Shown here piece by piece: positions 1 through 8,803 of a stretch of 25,654 nucleotides of DNA (the stretch's first letter is position 1; each line of letters begins with the position of its first letter). Position numbers and translations under genes: made by a program. The DNA comes from a virus (lineage: Duplodnaviria; Caudoviricetes). The stretch covers positions 1 to 25,654 of IMG/VR virus record IMGVR_UViG_3300025078_000020; one strand, given 5' to 3'. Under the pieces are notes generated by a model. That model searched no databases. It was not told where the DNA came from and saw only the letters and a list, made by a program, of their open reading frames with translations.

Positions 1-3000
1 TGTTCGTGCTGGGGTGATATAGACCGGTAACACCGGGCTGAAACCCGCCAGAGAACTCACCGCTTTCAGACAAGATATGAAACTTCGGCGGGTCTTTCTT
101 TAGTGTGGGCAGAATGCGGCGGATCAGCGCACGGGTTGAGTCCAATTCAGCGTGACGGAGCAAAAACTCAGCCACCTCAACACCATCTTCCACTGCATGA
201 AGGTGATCAAAGATAACCTGACCGGATAACCCGACAGCTTCATCACCTGCTGTGGCTGGCTTGCCCCAAGAAACCGCATCGGACGGTGTTGACTTCAATT
301 TCGGTAGAGGCTTTCTTTTCGGTGCATTCGCAACTGGACCCTCAAAAGCCCCTCTTACCCTGGGCGCTGCTGATGGCGGTGGCGTCGGAGATGGGGGCGC
401 TGCCGACGGAGGTGGCGCTTGGGTTTGCCTGTCTTTTATTACTTTCGCAAACCTGGTCTCGTAATATTCGCGTACCGCACGATCATTCTTATTCGCCCAC
501 TTACGGGCACGTTGGTCAAGCCACCTCACAATCTTCAGTGCTGGGTCACCCCTCAACAACGGAGCAGCTTCTTCGATCTGCTCCATAAAGTCGAGTGCTT
601 GGGGTGACAGACGCTCACGTCCAATCGCCTTGTACTTCTCGGTCACAGGCACCAGGAGGGGCTCAACCTTACGTCCAGCTTGAGCAGCAACCTTCTCCCT
701 GGTAAATGCCATCGATGCTGCCCGCGCCTCAAAATTAGCTTGGACTGCCTTCGCTGCCTTTGCCGTAGCTTCCGACGCCTGAGCTACAGTAATCTCTAAT
801 TTCAACGTCTTCTCAGCCGCCTTGACTGCCGCAACCGATGTCTTCATTTGCTTTGACAAAGCACGCAAAAACTTACTTCCTGCATCGATGTCTTCAGGGT
901 CGAATGGAAGTCTATTTGCGAGGGCTGTGACCCTCCGAACCCACTCTTGCGGGTCGTCGCGTAGCAATCGAGTAGAGCTTACTTTGATTAGAAACTGGTC
1001 AAAATCAACAACTAGCTGACGCTCCTCACGCGTAAGTCGAGAACTAGTCATACTCACATCGGCGTCCGCCATAAGCAACCGTATTTGACCCGTAGCCTCG
1101 TTCGCTTCCTTGCGTGAATGAAGGAAAAACTGCGTACTAATGTCACCAGTTCTCAGCAGACGAATGCTATCTTGAAGACTTTCAAGTGTTTGACGCGCAC
1201 CCAACAGTTCATAAAACGGAACCAATTGATCTGGTGAGTCGCCGCGCAAAAATACACGCCGAACGGATGGGTGCAGGTTCTGCATTGTGGCGCCAAAGCC
1301 ACCGGGAATAAACGCAGAAAGCCTACGCCCCTCTACACCAGTTGTTTCTGGTACCCGCTTACGGATAAAAAATTCGCCGATCTCTGAATCAGTCTCATCC
1401 ACAACAGAAGCAATGTTCCTGTCCAGGTTTCGTGTCGCTTTCATCGCGTCGTCAGACTTACCTGCTAAGGCTTTCGCTTCATCAATAAGGCTAATGGCCT
1501 CATCATAATCGCCAGAACGAATCGCATTCGCGAGACCCTCACCTAAAACTTCTTCTGCCTTAGCGAGAGCTTCAGCGCCCTTACCAAGTTCTTCCTCCAA
1601 CAAAGGCGCCAAGCGCCTAAACTTTGCGGCATCTGCAGCCGAATCAGCCACTTTCTTCGTTGCCCTCGCAACCCCAGCAGCACCCATAAGGAGATCGGGA
1701 AACAACACTGCCGCACCAAGACCAATGAATCCCATAGACACTGAAGCCAAAGTACCAGAGTCCGATGTCTCAGTAGATAGCGCGGCTTTTAGGAAGTCCC
1801 TACGATTCTCAATGCCTTCGAGGGAGCCCTCGCGAACAGCAGTCAAAAGACTCTCACTGTCAGGCCCGTAAGAAATGCGCTCAAGGGCACCAACGGTAGC
1901 AGCCTGCACGGTGTCCATCATCTCGAAAAGGTGCCATGTTGGGTGCGTTATGCGATAAACAGGTACGCCCTTAGGGTCGAGGCCGATAACCTCGATCCGT
2001 GCATTCTTAGCTTTGTCCCATGCTTCTGTGATCCACAACGCATCTTTCGTGTCGTCAGGGTCACCCATAAGGTTTGCCGGATCAATCATGTCATACGAGA
2101 TGAAGCCAGGATGATGAAACTTACCCACCGCCCGAAACAAGGTGGCTTCGTATAGAGCGTTCTTCCACGCCTTGGCCATCTGTTGTTGGTACGCCTTTGT
2201 ACCTCTCTGAATACCTAAATCTGACGCGGCTTTATTCACATCGTACGTCGCTATGTTGGCGACCGCCTTTCGGAAACCAAACTCACCAATAGTACTACGC
2301 AACATTGCGCTCGTGCCGCGAGGCCCCATCTCGCGGAGCAAGTCAGAGATCATCTTTGCGCGTTCAGGATCTTTCGCTATCTTTGGATCGACCAGTGATT
2401 GTGCCCGCGCCTCCAGCGCATCAAACCCTGGTTGGCCACGACGAACAACGGCATTCTCAGCTTCGTCTCCGTCATCAAAAACTAGCGGGGGACGGTCCTT
2501 TGGGTCCAATGAGCCAATCAGTCGCTTCAATATTCTCGTGCGATTTTTTGGGTCAACCTTCTTGTCGCCCAGCGCCGTGCGATGAATGCCCTCCATCAAG
2601 ATTTCTTCGCCCATCACTTTCACATCACGCTGCTTCTTCGACTTACTCCACAGAGCCTGTTGGGTCTTAAATTCGTCTAAGACCTCAGTTACCGGTCGAT
2701 CTTTTTCCCCAATCTCACGAAACATATCGTCGAGCGGGACCCCCTGAAACTCTGCGGCCTTTCGATATTCGTCGGGCTCTAACCCCGTAAAATCTGAGGC
2801 CTGTTGAAGAACTTCGTTGTAATCAAAGGAAGGTTGATCCTCAGACCTCTTTTGCTTTACTGCCTCAGGGTCAAATCGAATCTCTGCGTCACGTCGGATC
2901 GCGATCAAAAGACCGACCCGATCAACACTAAGCTCTTGGCTATATTTCGCCCGTTCAGCTTTTTCCTCCTCGGTAAACTCGTACGTCGGCGGAGCTTCTT

Positions 3001-3052
3001 CCTTTGGCGGGGCCTCAGTTTGAGGTTGATCTTCTGTCTCTTTTTCTGGCAC
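1..3052 (-). CDS. Very large internal virion/ejection-type protein, possibly a large polyvalent protein; truncated by the window edge (>1017 aa)
   Basis: Absent from the ORF track. Hand translation from GTG at 3052 (GGAGAG SD just upstream) gives MPEKETEDQPQTEAPPKEE... with no stop down to position 2 (...FQPGVTGLYHPSTN). It is Ala/Glu/Lys-rich and helical, has a hydrophobic segment (SMGFIGLGAAVLFPDLLMGAAGV, ~1670-1740) and a Pro-rich linker. Last gene of the tail/ejection arm. Confidence 0.75.
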   Translation of the reverse strand, partial: MPEKETEDQPQTEAPPKEEAPPTYEFTEEEKAERAKYSQELSVDRVGLLIAIRRDAEIRFDPEAVKQKRSEDQPSFDYNEVLQQASDFTGLEPDEYRKAAEFQGVPLDDMFREIGEKDRPVTEVLDEFKTQQALWSKSKKQRDVKVMGEEILMEGIHRTALGDKKVDPKNRTRILKRLIGSLDPKDRPPLVFDDGDEAENAVVRRGQPGFDALEARAQSLVDPKIAKDPERAKMISDLLREMGPRGTSAMLRSTIGEFGFRKAVANIATYDVNKAASDLGIQRGTKAYQQQMAKAWKNALYEATLFRAVGKFHHPGFISYDMIDPANLMGDPDDTKDALWITEAWDKAKNARIEVIGLDPKGVPVYRITHPTWHLFEMMDTVQAATVGALERISYGPDSESLLTAVREGSLEGIENRRDFLKAALSTETSDSGTLASVSMGFIGLGAAVLFPDLLMGAAGVARATKKVADSAADAAKFRRLAPLLEEELGKGAEALAKAEEVLGEGLANAIRSGDYDEAISLIDEAKALAGKSDDAMKATRNLDRNIASVVDETDSEIGEFFIRKRVPETTGVEGRRLSAFIPGGFGATMQNLHPSVRRVFLRGDSPDQLVPFYELLGARQTLESLQDSIRLLRTGDISTQFFLHSRKEANEATGQIRLLMADADVSMTSSRLTREERQLVVDFDQFLIKVSSTRLLRDDPQEWVRRVTALANRLPFDPEDIDAGSKFLRALSKQMKTSVAAVKAAEKTLKLEITVAQASEATAKAAKAVQANFEARAASMAFTREKVAAQAGRKVEPLLVPVTEKYKAIGRERLSPQALDFMEQIEEAAPLLRGDPALKIVRWLDQRARKWANKNDRAVREYYETRFAKVIKDRQTQAPPPSAAPPSPTPPPSAAPRVRGAFEGPVANAPKRKPLPKLKSTPSDAVSWGKPATAGDEAVGLSGQVIFDHLHAVEDGVEVAEFLLRHAELDSTRALIRRILPTLKKDPPKFHILSESGEFSGGFQPGVTGLYHPSTN

Positions 3053-3064
3053 GAAACTCTCCGA

Positions 3065-4540
3065 CTAAAGCTGCGGGTAATATGCGGCCTTCAACGCCTC
3101 AATTCTCTTACGTTTATCATCATCTATTATCGGGTCGCGGATTGATTCACCATAAGGATCGATACCTTCTCCCGCACCAGTCTTGGGGTCAGACGCGGGG
3201 TAAGCTACAAATCCTTGAGTGCTGTCGCGTTTATCGCGCTGTTCTTCGGTCAAAGGCAAAGACTCACCAACCCGTTCCGCCTTCTGCGCCGGTATTGTAA
3301 CCCTTTGCACGCGCAGCAGTTGATCGAGCACCGCTTGCAACTGCTCAACTTTGTCTTTGCGTACCGCGATTTCAGCGTAGGTTCTACGGTCTGCCTCTGC
3401 CAGCCGTGGTGAACCCATCAACGTGGGCTCACCGACACGCTTTTGCAGTTCTTGGATTTGTACTAACTCGGCCAGATACACTTTGTGCCGGTCTTCGATT
3501 GCTTTCTGGACCTTCTCAGGGTCTGCATGGTACTTCTTCCAATCCCTTTTATCTCCATACGGGGCTTTCGCAATTCCACCCCTGTGAGGTTTATCGGTGA
3601 ATAGATTCAGCCACCCTGGCCCAAAGAACCAGCCCGATACGGGCTCACCCGTTTCAGTATCAACGTAATTGTCGGGGAAAATGTCCCTCGGTGTCGGTAA
3701 TATTTTATACGACGGTAATTGCTCCTCGGTGGAACGGTCCCGTAGCGCACTTGTACCAATTTGGTGCAGAGTACTCAAACCCTGCGCACCTAACCATGTC
3801 AGGTGTGCTCCAATATCGACCTGCATCTCACCATAGGCAGTATGAGGACGACGCCATCCTTCTGTCAGCCATCTTTCGGGGTGAGCCGTGTCGCCCTTAA
3901 GCCCCAACATCCGTCTCAAGTCATCGCGTTTACGGCTTGCTGCGTATAGACGTTCCTCTGGCTCACCTTCTACTTGTATTTTAGTTTTCGGACTTTCTTC
4001 TCCCCACCCAAATAACCACTCGTCAAGGATACCAGGATTCGCTCTCTCTGAGGTATACTCCCTCTTTTCGGCCTCTCTCAACTTTTCCTCTGCCTCGACA
4101 AACCCACGTCCAGCGAACATAGGCGCACTTTTTTTCGTGAGTTCCTCTGTTTCATCTGCCCAAGGAGACTTAGCAAGAGTGCCCGCAGGGTCATCTGCAT
4201 GCTTCTGCATGTCAACTATACCCTGAAGCGCCTCTGCCAGTTCTGCCCTCTTTCCCCATGCGATTTTTTGTTGTGGCGCACGCTCTAAAGCTTTTATATT
4301 CTGCTCTTCTTCTGTGACGCCCGTCAATACCGTCGTCGGTTTTTTCGTCTCAGCTTCCGCCGCAGCAAGCTCAGCCTTAATTCTCTCGGCTTTAGCTCGC
4401 AGTTCTTCTGCAGTCTCACCTGGTGGGGCTTCCGACGTGGGCGGCGATGTGGGTACTGCCGTAACTGGCGTTCCCGTGTCAGGCGGAACGACCACGGGTA
4501 GTGGTGCGGGTGTCGACTGTCTAGACTTTTTCCAGGACAC
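3065..4540 (-). CDS. Hypothetical protein, probable internal virion protein (491 aa)
   Basis: GTG start with strong AGGAGG SD; Pro/Thr-rich N-terminus then coiled-coil (AEELRAKAERIKAELAAAEAE); lies between other ejection-type genes. Confidence 0.65.
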   Translation of the reverse strand: MSWKKSRQSTPAPLPVVVPPDTGTPVTAVPTSPPTSEAPPGETAEELRAKAERIKAELAAAEAETKKPTTVLTGVTEEEQNIKALERAPQQKIAWGKRAELAEALQGIVDMQKHADDPAGTLAKSPWADETEELTKKSAPMFAGRGFVEAEEKLREAEKREYTSERANPGILDEWLFGWGEESPKTKIQVEGEPEERLYAASRKRDDLRRMLGLKGDTAHPERWLTEGWRRPHTAYGEMQVDIGAHLTWLGAQGLSTLHQIGTSALRDRSTEEQLPSYKILPTPRDIFPDNYVDTETGEPVSGWFFGPGWLNLFTDKPHRGGIAKAPYGDKRDWKKYHADPEKVQKAIEDRHKVYLAELVQIQELQKRVGEPTLMGSPRLAEADRRTYAEIAVRKDKVEQLQAVLDQLLRVQRVTIPAQKAERVGESLPLTEEQRDKRDSTQGFVAYPASDPKTGAGEGIDPYGESIRDPIIDDDKRKRIEALKAAYYPQL

Positions 4541-4548
4541 AAGGCCTC

Positions 4549-4917
4549 CTAAGCACTCGACGAATTACTTGGATGTCGTGCAGCAAGTGCCTTAAAAATT
4601 CTTTCATTCGCTATATCAATGTCATCAGGCCCTTCTTGTCCAGAACTACCCGACGCTCCTTTTGCCTGCGCATCTGATCGCGCACGGGCACCAATAGCTT
4701 TGTAGCTCTTACTGTAGTCCTTCTTTGGGCCATATTTCTTCTTCGATTTAGCGGCACGAGATTCACTTGCTTTTTGTCGTTTCGGATCTTTCCACGAAAC
4801 ACTAGTAGGCGCTGCTGGTTGTTCTGCTTTGGCGGCACGAGCCTCCATTGCTGCTTGTCGTTTCGGGTCTTTAAACGAAACACTAAGAGGCTTCGCAGGG
4901 TCAAATTCTATGCTCAT
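4549..4917 (-). CDS. Small basic protein with duplicated SVSxKDPKRQ motif (122 aa)
   Basis: ATGA overlap with the stop of the upstream 1026-aa gene; Lys/Ala-rich; internal repeat. Confidence 0.7.
   Translation of the reverse strand: MSIEFDPAKPLSVSFKDPKRQAAMEARAAKAEQPAAPTSVSWKDPKRQKASESRAAKSKKKYGPKKDYSKSYKAIGARARSDAQAKGASGSSGQEGPDDIDIANERIFKALAARHPSNSSSA
4774..4885. repeat. 31-bp imperfect direct repeat (4774-4804 and 4855-4885)
   Basis: ttgtcgtttcgg(a/g)tcttt(cc/aa)acgaaacacta, 3 mismatches; encodes SVS(W/F)KDPKRQ. Confidence 0.9.
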
Positions 4918-7900
4918 TTTTCATTCCCCTTGTTTTTCGCGGCCTTTTCATCTTCCGTTTCTTTCGGCCAGTCAGATGGCCCTAGGCCCAGATCGCCCAT
5001 GTCTTGACCGACCGTCGGTGTTTTCTTCTTCTTCTTTTTCGTGGCCTTTTCATCTTCCGTTTCTTTCGGCGTCTCATCGCCCACCACACCCTCTACACCG
5101 GGGATTTGATTATTTTGTGTCATCGCATCGCTAACCGGGTCGGTACCTGTTGTGGGCTCACCTTTCTTGCTTTGACCGGGTGTTAATTCTTCCTCCAACT
5201 CCTTCTCACTCAGGTGAGATACGACACCACCATCCTCAGCAACCACTCCACCGGCCAAGTCATGTTTGCGATCTTTACGCCGTTTCTTTTTGTTCTTGGT
5301 GCGTCTATCAGCGAAAAGGTCCAAGAAACGATCGATCGGACCAGGCGCATCGCTCGTAGCTTCCTGAGTTGAACCCTCCACGCCCCTTTCAAGGCTCCTC
5401 GATTCAGCGCGACTCGGCGTAGCTCCTGGCTTGGGTTTGACACGAGTATCGCTAGGAACTGGGGCCCACACCCCTCGCTCCCTCGCAGACTTACCTGCTA
5501 CGGCTGCAGGCCCCTTATCCTGGCCTACTGGTGCTTCCTCTTTCTTCGCCGCTGCTGCTGCCGCTGCGTCTGCCTCTGTTGCTTTCTGGGCTAGATAGGC
5601 AGCCATTTCTTGTTCATCTGACAGTTCTCTTCCCGCCGTACTTGGAAGCGCACCCAACGGATTCGGCGAATCATCGGGACGCATCTCATCCGTGGCACCT
5701 ACTATGGTGATGCTTCTATCAGCTAATCGCTCAGGACCACCGATAGTGGCATCTATGTCCTCGTCTTGGGCACGCTCTACTTGGTTTACCGCGCTCTTAA
5801 TCGCCTTATCGGAGAACTTATAATTCTGGCCCTCATCGATAGAAGTGAACCAGATTCCAGTAGAACCCTCACCACCCGTAAGAGACACACCCTCAAGATC
5901 CGACGGCGGCTCAACCTCATCAACCATACCCAAAGCTTCGTTTGATGTCATAGCCGCATGAGCAGCGCCAAGTGCTTCTGATTGCTCTTTCTCTACATAA
6001 CGGGGGATCTGCAAAACATCCGTGTTGAGTTTCCCTGCCTTAAGCGCTGCGTCTAAATCCTCACTTGTAAATTGACGCATCGACCCGTTTTCGTTCAAGA
6101 CAAACACATACTCTCGTTCCATCGGATTCTGCGCAACCAAAGGCACTGGCATGACTTCAGCATCGCTACGGGCCTTCTCTTCAGCCTCCGAGGAACCAAA
6201 CTCTGTGTGTACACCCGGAGACGAACCACGAAGTATTTTCGACGCTTCTTCAGGTTTAAGCTCGATCAAATTATCCTTAGAGTCAACTTGAAACACACGA
6301 CCGTCAGGAGCCGCAAGGTACTGCAGTAGATTACCACTCTCATCCGTTGTCTCAATATAATGGTGTCCCGTGGTGTTGAGTCGATCTTTCTTTGCTTGCT
6401 CTAAAGCATCCTGGGTGACGTACTTACCCGTCTCGGCGCTCTTTAGATACTGACCATCCTCGCCACGAACTAAATCAGCACGTACCATGTCATCGCCACG
6501 ATCCATCGCGGCCAGAGTGAGTCGGTCGTACATACCCTTGTCACGATCGTAAATCTTCATCGCACGACGATCAATACGAGTAACATCTGGTGCGGGTCGC
6601 TTCAGATAAATCGCCTGACTCACTTCTCCCGGCTGAATAACGCGTGCGCCTTCGGCAGTAACAACTCGAATTGACCCCATAGGATCAGCAGCATGGCGAC
6701 GAAGCCTTGCGCCTGTAACCACTGAGCCATCCTTCATCTCAACCCGAAGAATCTCACCGGAATCAATGCGCTTCAGACCGTAGTTACCCGGAGCACGAAG
6801 CGATTGTTTGTCCCAAGCAACCAACGCAGCAATATCGTCGCCACCAGGCCTGTACCTTGAGTAGTCAGGCTTGCCATCCTCATCAATAGGGACATGACCA
6901 AGTGCGTCCCAACCATAATCAGCCGCCCAAGCACGAAAGTTAGCGTTCGCAATTCCTTTTGCGATCCCGTATTCGTCGCCTTTCTCGCCATACATTTTCT
7001 TGCTCAAGAAATCCGCGTACTCAATCGCTCGAGCATGTGACTCTTTCCGTGACCGCGCTTCAGCGATTCGGTTCTCTAAGTCCGTCCTCAACTCGCCTTC
7101 TGGCTGCATGTTGTGGTACAACTGAAAAGTCCCCGCCCGCACAAGCTCATGATCCTGGTGTTGCTGCAAAAGGCGCTTTGCTTCATCCTCATCCCCAGCA
7201 CTGCCTGCTTTCATAGCTGCGGCCAAAAGAGCCTCCGACTTTTGATAGTCTTCTGCTCTGCGATGTGAATGCTCAGCATGCCGCCGATTGGCAGCATTGT
7301 AATACTCCAAGTGATACTTAATGTTTTCCCACTCAGGGGCACCTGTTTTACGGTTTTTAACGCCACGTAGATTATTTTCTGTTGCTTGAATATCAACTTC
7401 GCGTGTGTCACGACCGTCTTTGCCCTTCACAAAGATAAAGAGGTCCTTTTGATTTTTGTCATTAATCTGCGTTATCATGTCCCCGATAGTTTCCCTATAC
7501 CGAGGATCATCCGTCGCGATTTTTGCCGTCTTGCCGTAACCAGGCGTCAATTCAACCGGTTTGATTAATTCAAAGACGGAGACGACTGGGTCAGCTTGCC
7601 CCACGCTAGTATTCAGAACTCGCGTCACTTCTGTCGATAGTTTAGCGTCTGCAGAGCTAACTTTCTCGTTGTACTTAGAATCACTCGCGAGTCGTTGCTT
7701 CAGAATCGTTGTGTGGCTAGCTATTCTTGCGCGATAATCCTGCCCCGCAATATTAGCCATTGCCACTGCATAATCTCTGTTGGCTTTGTAGTACCCAAGG
7801 GTTTCCTTACCAATGGCAATCGAACGCTTGTCGGCCTCAGTCGCTACACCACGCTCCAGTTTTTCTATGAGCCCAAGAACTTTGTAGTACGTGGTCGCAA

Positions 7901-7994
7901 TATCCTTCGTCTCCCACCCATCGGCGGATTTTGCTGCGTCACGCCTACCTGCTAGTCCAAGTATCGCTGCCCGTTCTGTTGCGTATTCTGCCAT
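4914..7994 (-). CDS. Large probable internal virion/ejection protein (1026 aa)
   Basis: Long ORF directly after the 255-aa pilot-like gene; helical N-terminal half; low-complexity acidic/basic C-terminus with a PKETEDEKA duplication. Confidence 0.7.
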   Translation of the reverse strand: MAEYATERAAILGLAGRRDAAKSADGWETKDIATTYYKVLGLIEKLERGVATEADKRSIAIGKETLGYYKANRDYAVAMANIAGQDYRARIASHTTILKQRLASDSKYNEKVSSADAKLSTEVTRVLNTSVGQADPVVSVFELIKPVELTPGYGKTAKIATDDPRYRETIGDMITQINDKNQKDLFIFVKGKDGRDTREVDIQATENNLRGVKNRKTGAPEWENIKYHLEYYNAANRRHAEHSHRRAEDYQKSEALLAAAMKAGSAGDEDEAKRLLQQHQDHELVRAGTFQLYHNMQPEGELRTDLENRIAEARSRKESHARAIEYADFLSKKMYGEKGDEYGIAKGIANANFRAWAADYGWDALGHVPIDEDGKPDYSRYRPGGDDIAALVAWDKQSLRAPGNYGLKRIDSGEILRVEMKDGSVVTGARLRRHAADPMGSIRVVTAEGARVIQPGEVSQAIYLKRPAPDVTRIDRRAMKIYDRDKGMYDRLTLAAMDRGDDMVRADLVRGEDGQYLKSAETGKYVTQDALEQAKKDRLNTTGHHYIETTDESGNLLQYLAAPDGRVFQVDSKDNLIELKPEEASKILRGSSPGVHTEFGSSEAEEKARSDAEVMPVPLVAQNPMEREYVFVLNENGSMRQFTSEDLDAALKAGKLNTDVLQIPRYVEKEQSEALGAAHAAMTSNEALGMVDEVEPPSDLEGVSLTGGEGSTGIWFTSIDEGQNYKFSDKAIKSAVNQVERAQDEDIDATIGGPERLADRSITIVGATDEMRPDDSPNPLGALPSTAGRELSDEQEMAAYLAQKATEADAAAAAAAKKEEAPVGQDKGPAAVAGKSARERGVWAPVPSDTRVKPKPGATPSRAESRSLERGVEGSTQEATSDAPGPIDRFLDLFADRRTKNKKKRRKDRKHDLAGGVVAEDGGVVSHLSEKELEEELTPGQSKKGEPTTGTDPVSDAMTQNNQIPGVEGVVGDETPKETEDEKATKKKKKKTPTVGQDMGDLGLGPSDWPKETEDEKAAKNKGNEK
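4941..5070. repeat. Exact 28-bp direct repeat (4941-4968 and 5043-5070)
   Basis: ggccttttcatcttccgtttctttcggc occurs twice, encoding PKETEDEKA in the 1026-aa protein. Confidence 0.95.
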
Positions 7995-8006
7995 TTTAAT
8001 CTCTTC

Positions 8007-8774
8007 CTAAAGTTGTGGGCCACCGGGTGGTACAGCGGTTCCTACGGTGGGGAACTTTTTGTACACACCCCCGGCTCTAGCCGCGTCACCACCCGAGAAC
8101 GCGCCTGCAGAATGAAGATCGGCACCCATGCCAACACCCGCCATTACACCCTCGGCACCACCCTCCCACTGCGCTGTGGTAGCCGCAGCTTGACCTTGGA
8201 GCATCGACATCTTCTGTGCCGCAGCATCACTGACTTTACCTTCAGCCGCAGCTATCTGTTGAGCCGCCTGTGCATCCGAGGCTCTCTCTATGTCTCCGCT
8301 CTGCTGACCTATAAAGCCTGCCCGCCTGTCTGCGAGTATCTTGAGGTTCTCTTGGCTGGTAGGACCACCAAAGGGATTCGCCGCTGCAGCCTGCTTAATA
8401 TTCGCCTCAGTGCTTTTATTTGCCGCATCAAGTGTTTGAAGGCCTGCCAGTTTCGCTGCATTTTTTTCTGTCGTGGATTTACCAAACGCACCACGATCTA
8501 GGTCCTCACGAGCCTCCTCACCTATCTTGGCTTGTGCTTTACCCTCGGCGCTCGCCTTGTACTTTTTTAGCGCTCGGCTACTTTGCACACCCTTGATGAT
8601 TTTTGGTAGCCCCTTCGCAGCAGCGTAAGTCGCACCAAGAATAGCTAAAGTAACTGGCTCAATTGCGTACGAAATATCAGGGGAAACTTCGCCACGAAAG
8701 ATAAAGCAAACAACCAACGAAACGAGATACGCAGCTAATTGGAGGGGCGATAATTTCGGTACCAAAAGATTCAT
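8007..8774 (-). CDS. Probable small DNA ejection/pilot protein with N-terminal hydrophobic leader (255 aa)
   Basis: GGGAG SD upstream of ATG; Ala/Gly/Gln-rich body (AQAAQQIAAAEG, GVMAGVGMGA); EPVTLAILGA segment resembling the start of small podovirus ejection proteins; first gene after the tail genes. Confidence 0.65.
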   Translation of the reverse strand: MNLLVPKLSPLQLAAYLVSLVVCFIFRGEVSPDISYAIEPVTLAILGATYAAAKGLPKIIKGVQSSRALKKYKASAEGKAQAKIGEEAREDLDRGAFGKSTTEKNAAKLAGLQTLDAANKSTEANIKQAAAANPFGGPTSQENLKILADRRAGFIGQQSGDIERASDAQAAQQIAAAEGKVSDAAAQKMSMLQGQAAATTAQWEGGAEGVMAGVGMGADLHSAGAFSGGDAARAGGVYKKFPTVGTAVPPGGPQL

Positions 8775-8803
8775 TGATTTCTCCCGCTAAGTATAGCGCA
8801 CCA

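Noticed and set aside
363-418. Short duplication near the left edge
   Set aside because: Encodes a Pro-rich linker (PPPSAAP twice) in the giant ORF; ordinary low-complexity expansion.
252-3412. Short plus-strand ORFs at the left end, and similar antisense ORFs elsewhere such as 23840-24484 and 24692-25321
   Set aside because: They are shadows of long genes on the opposite strand, with no convincing SD or protein-like composition.
4774-5070. CRISPR mini-array or att sites
   Set aside because: Only two copies of each repeat, in frame within coding sequence, and no cas or integrase gene in the window.
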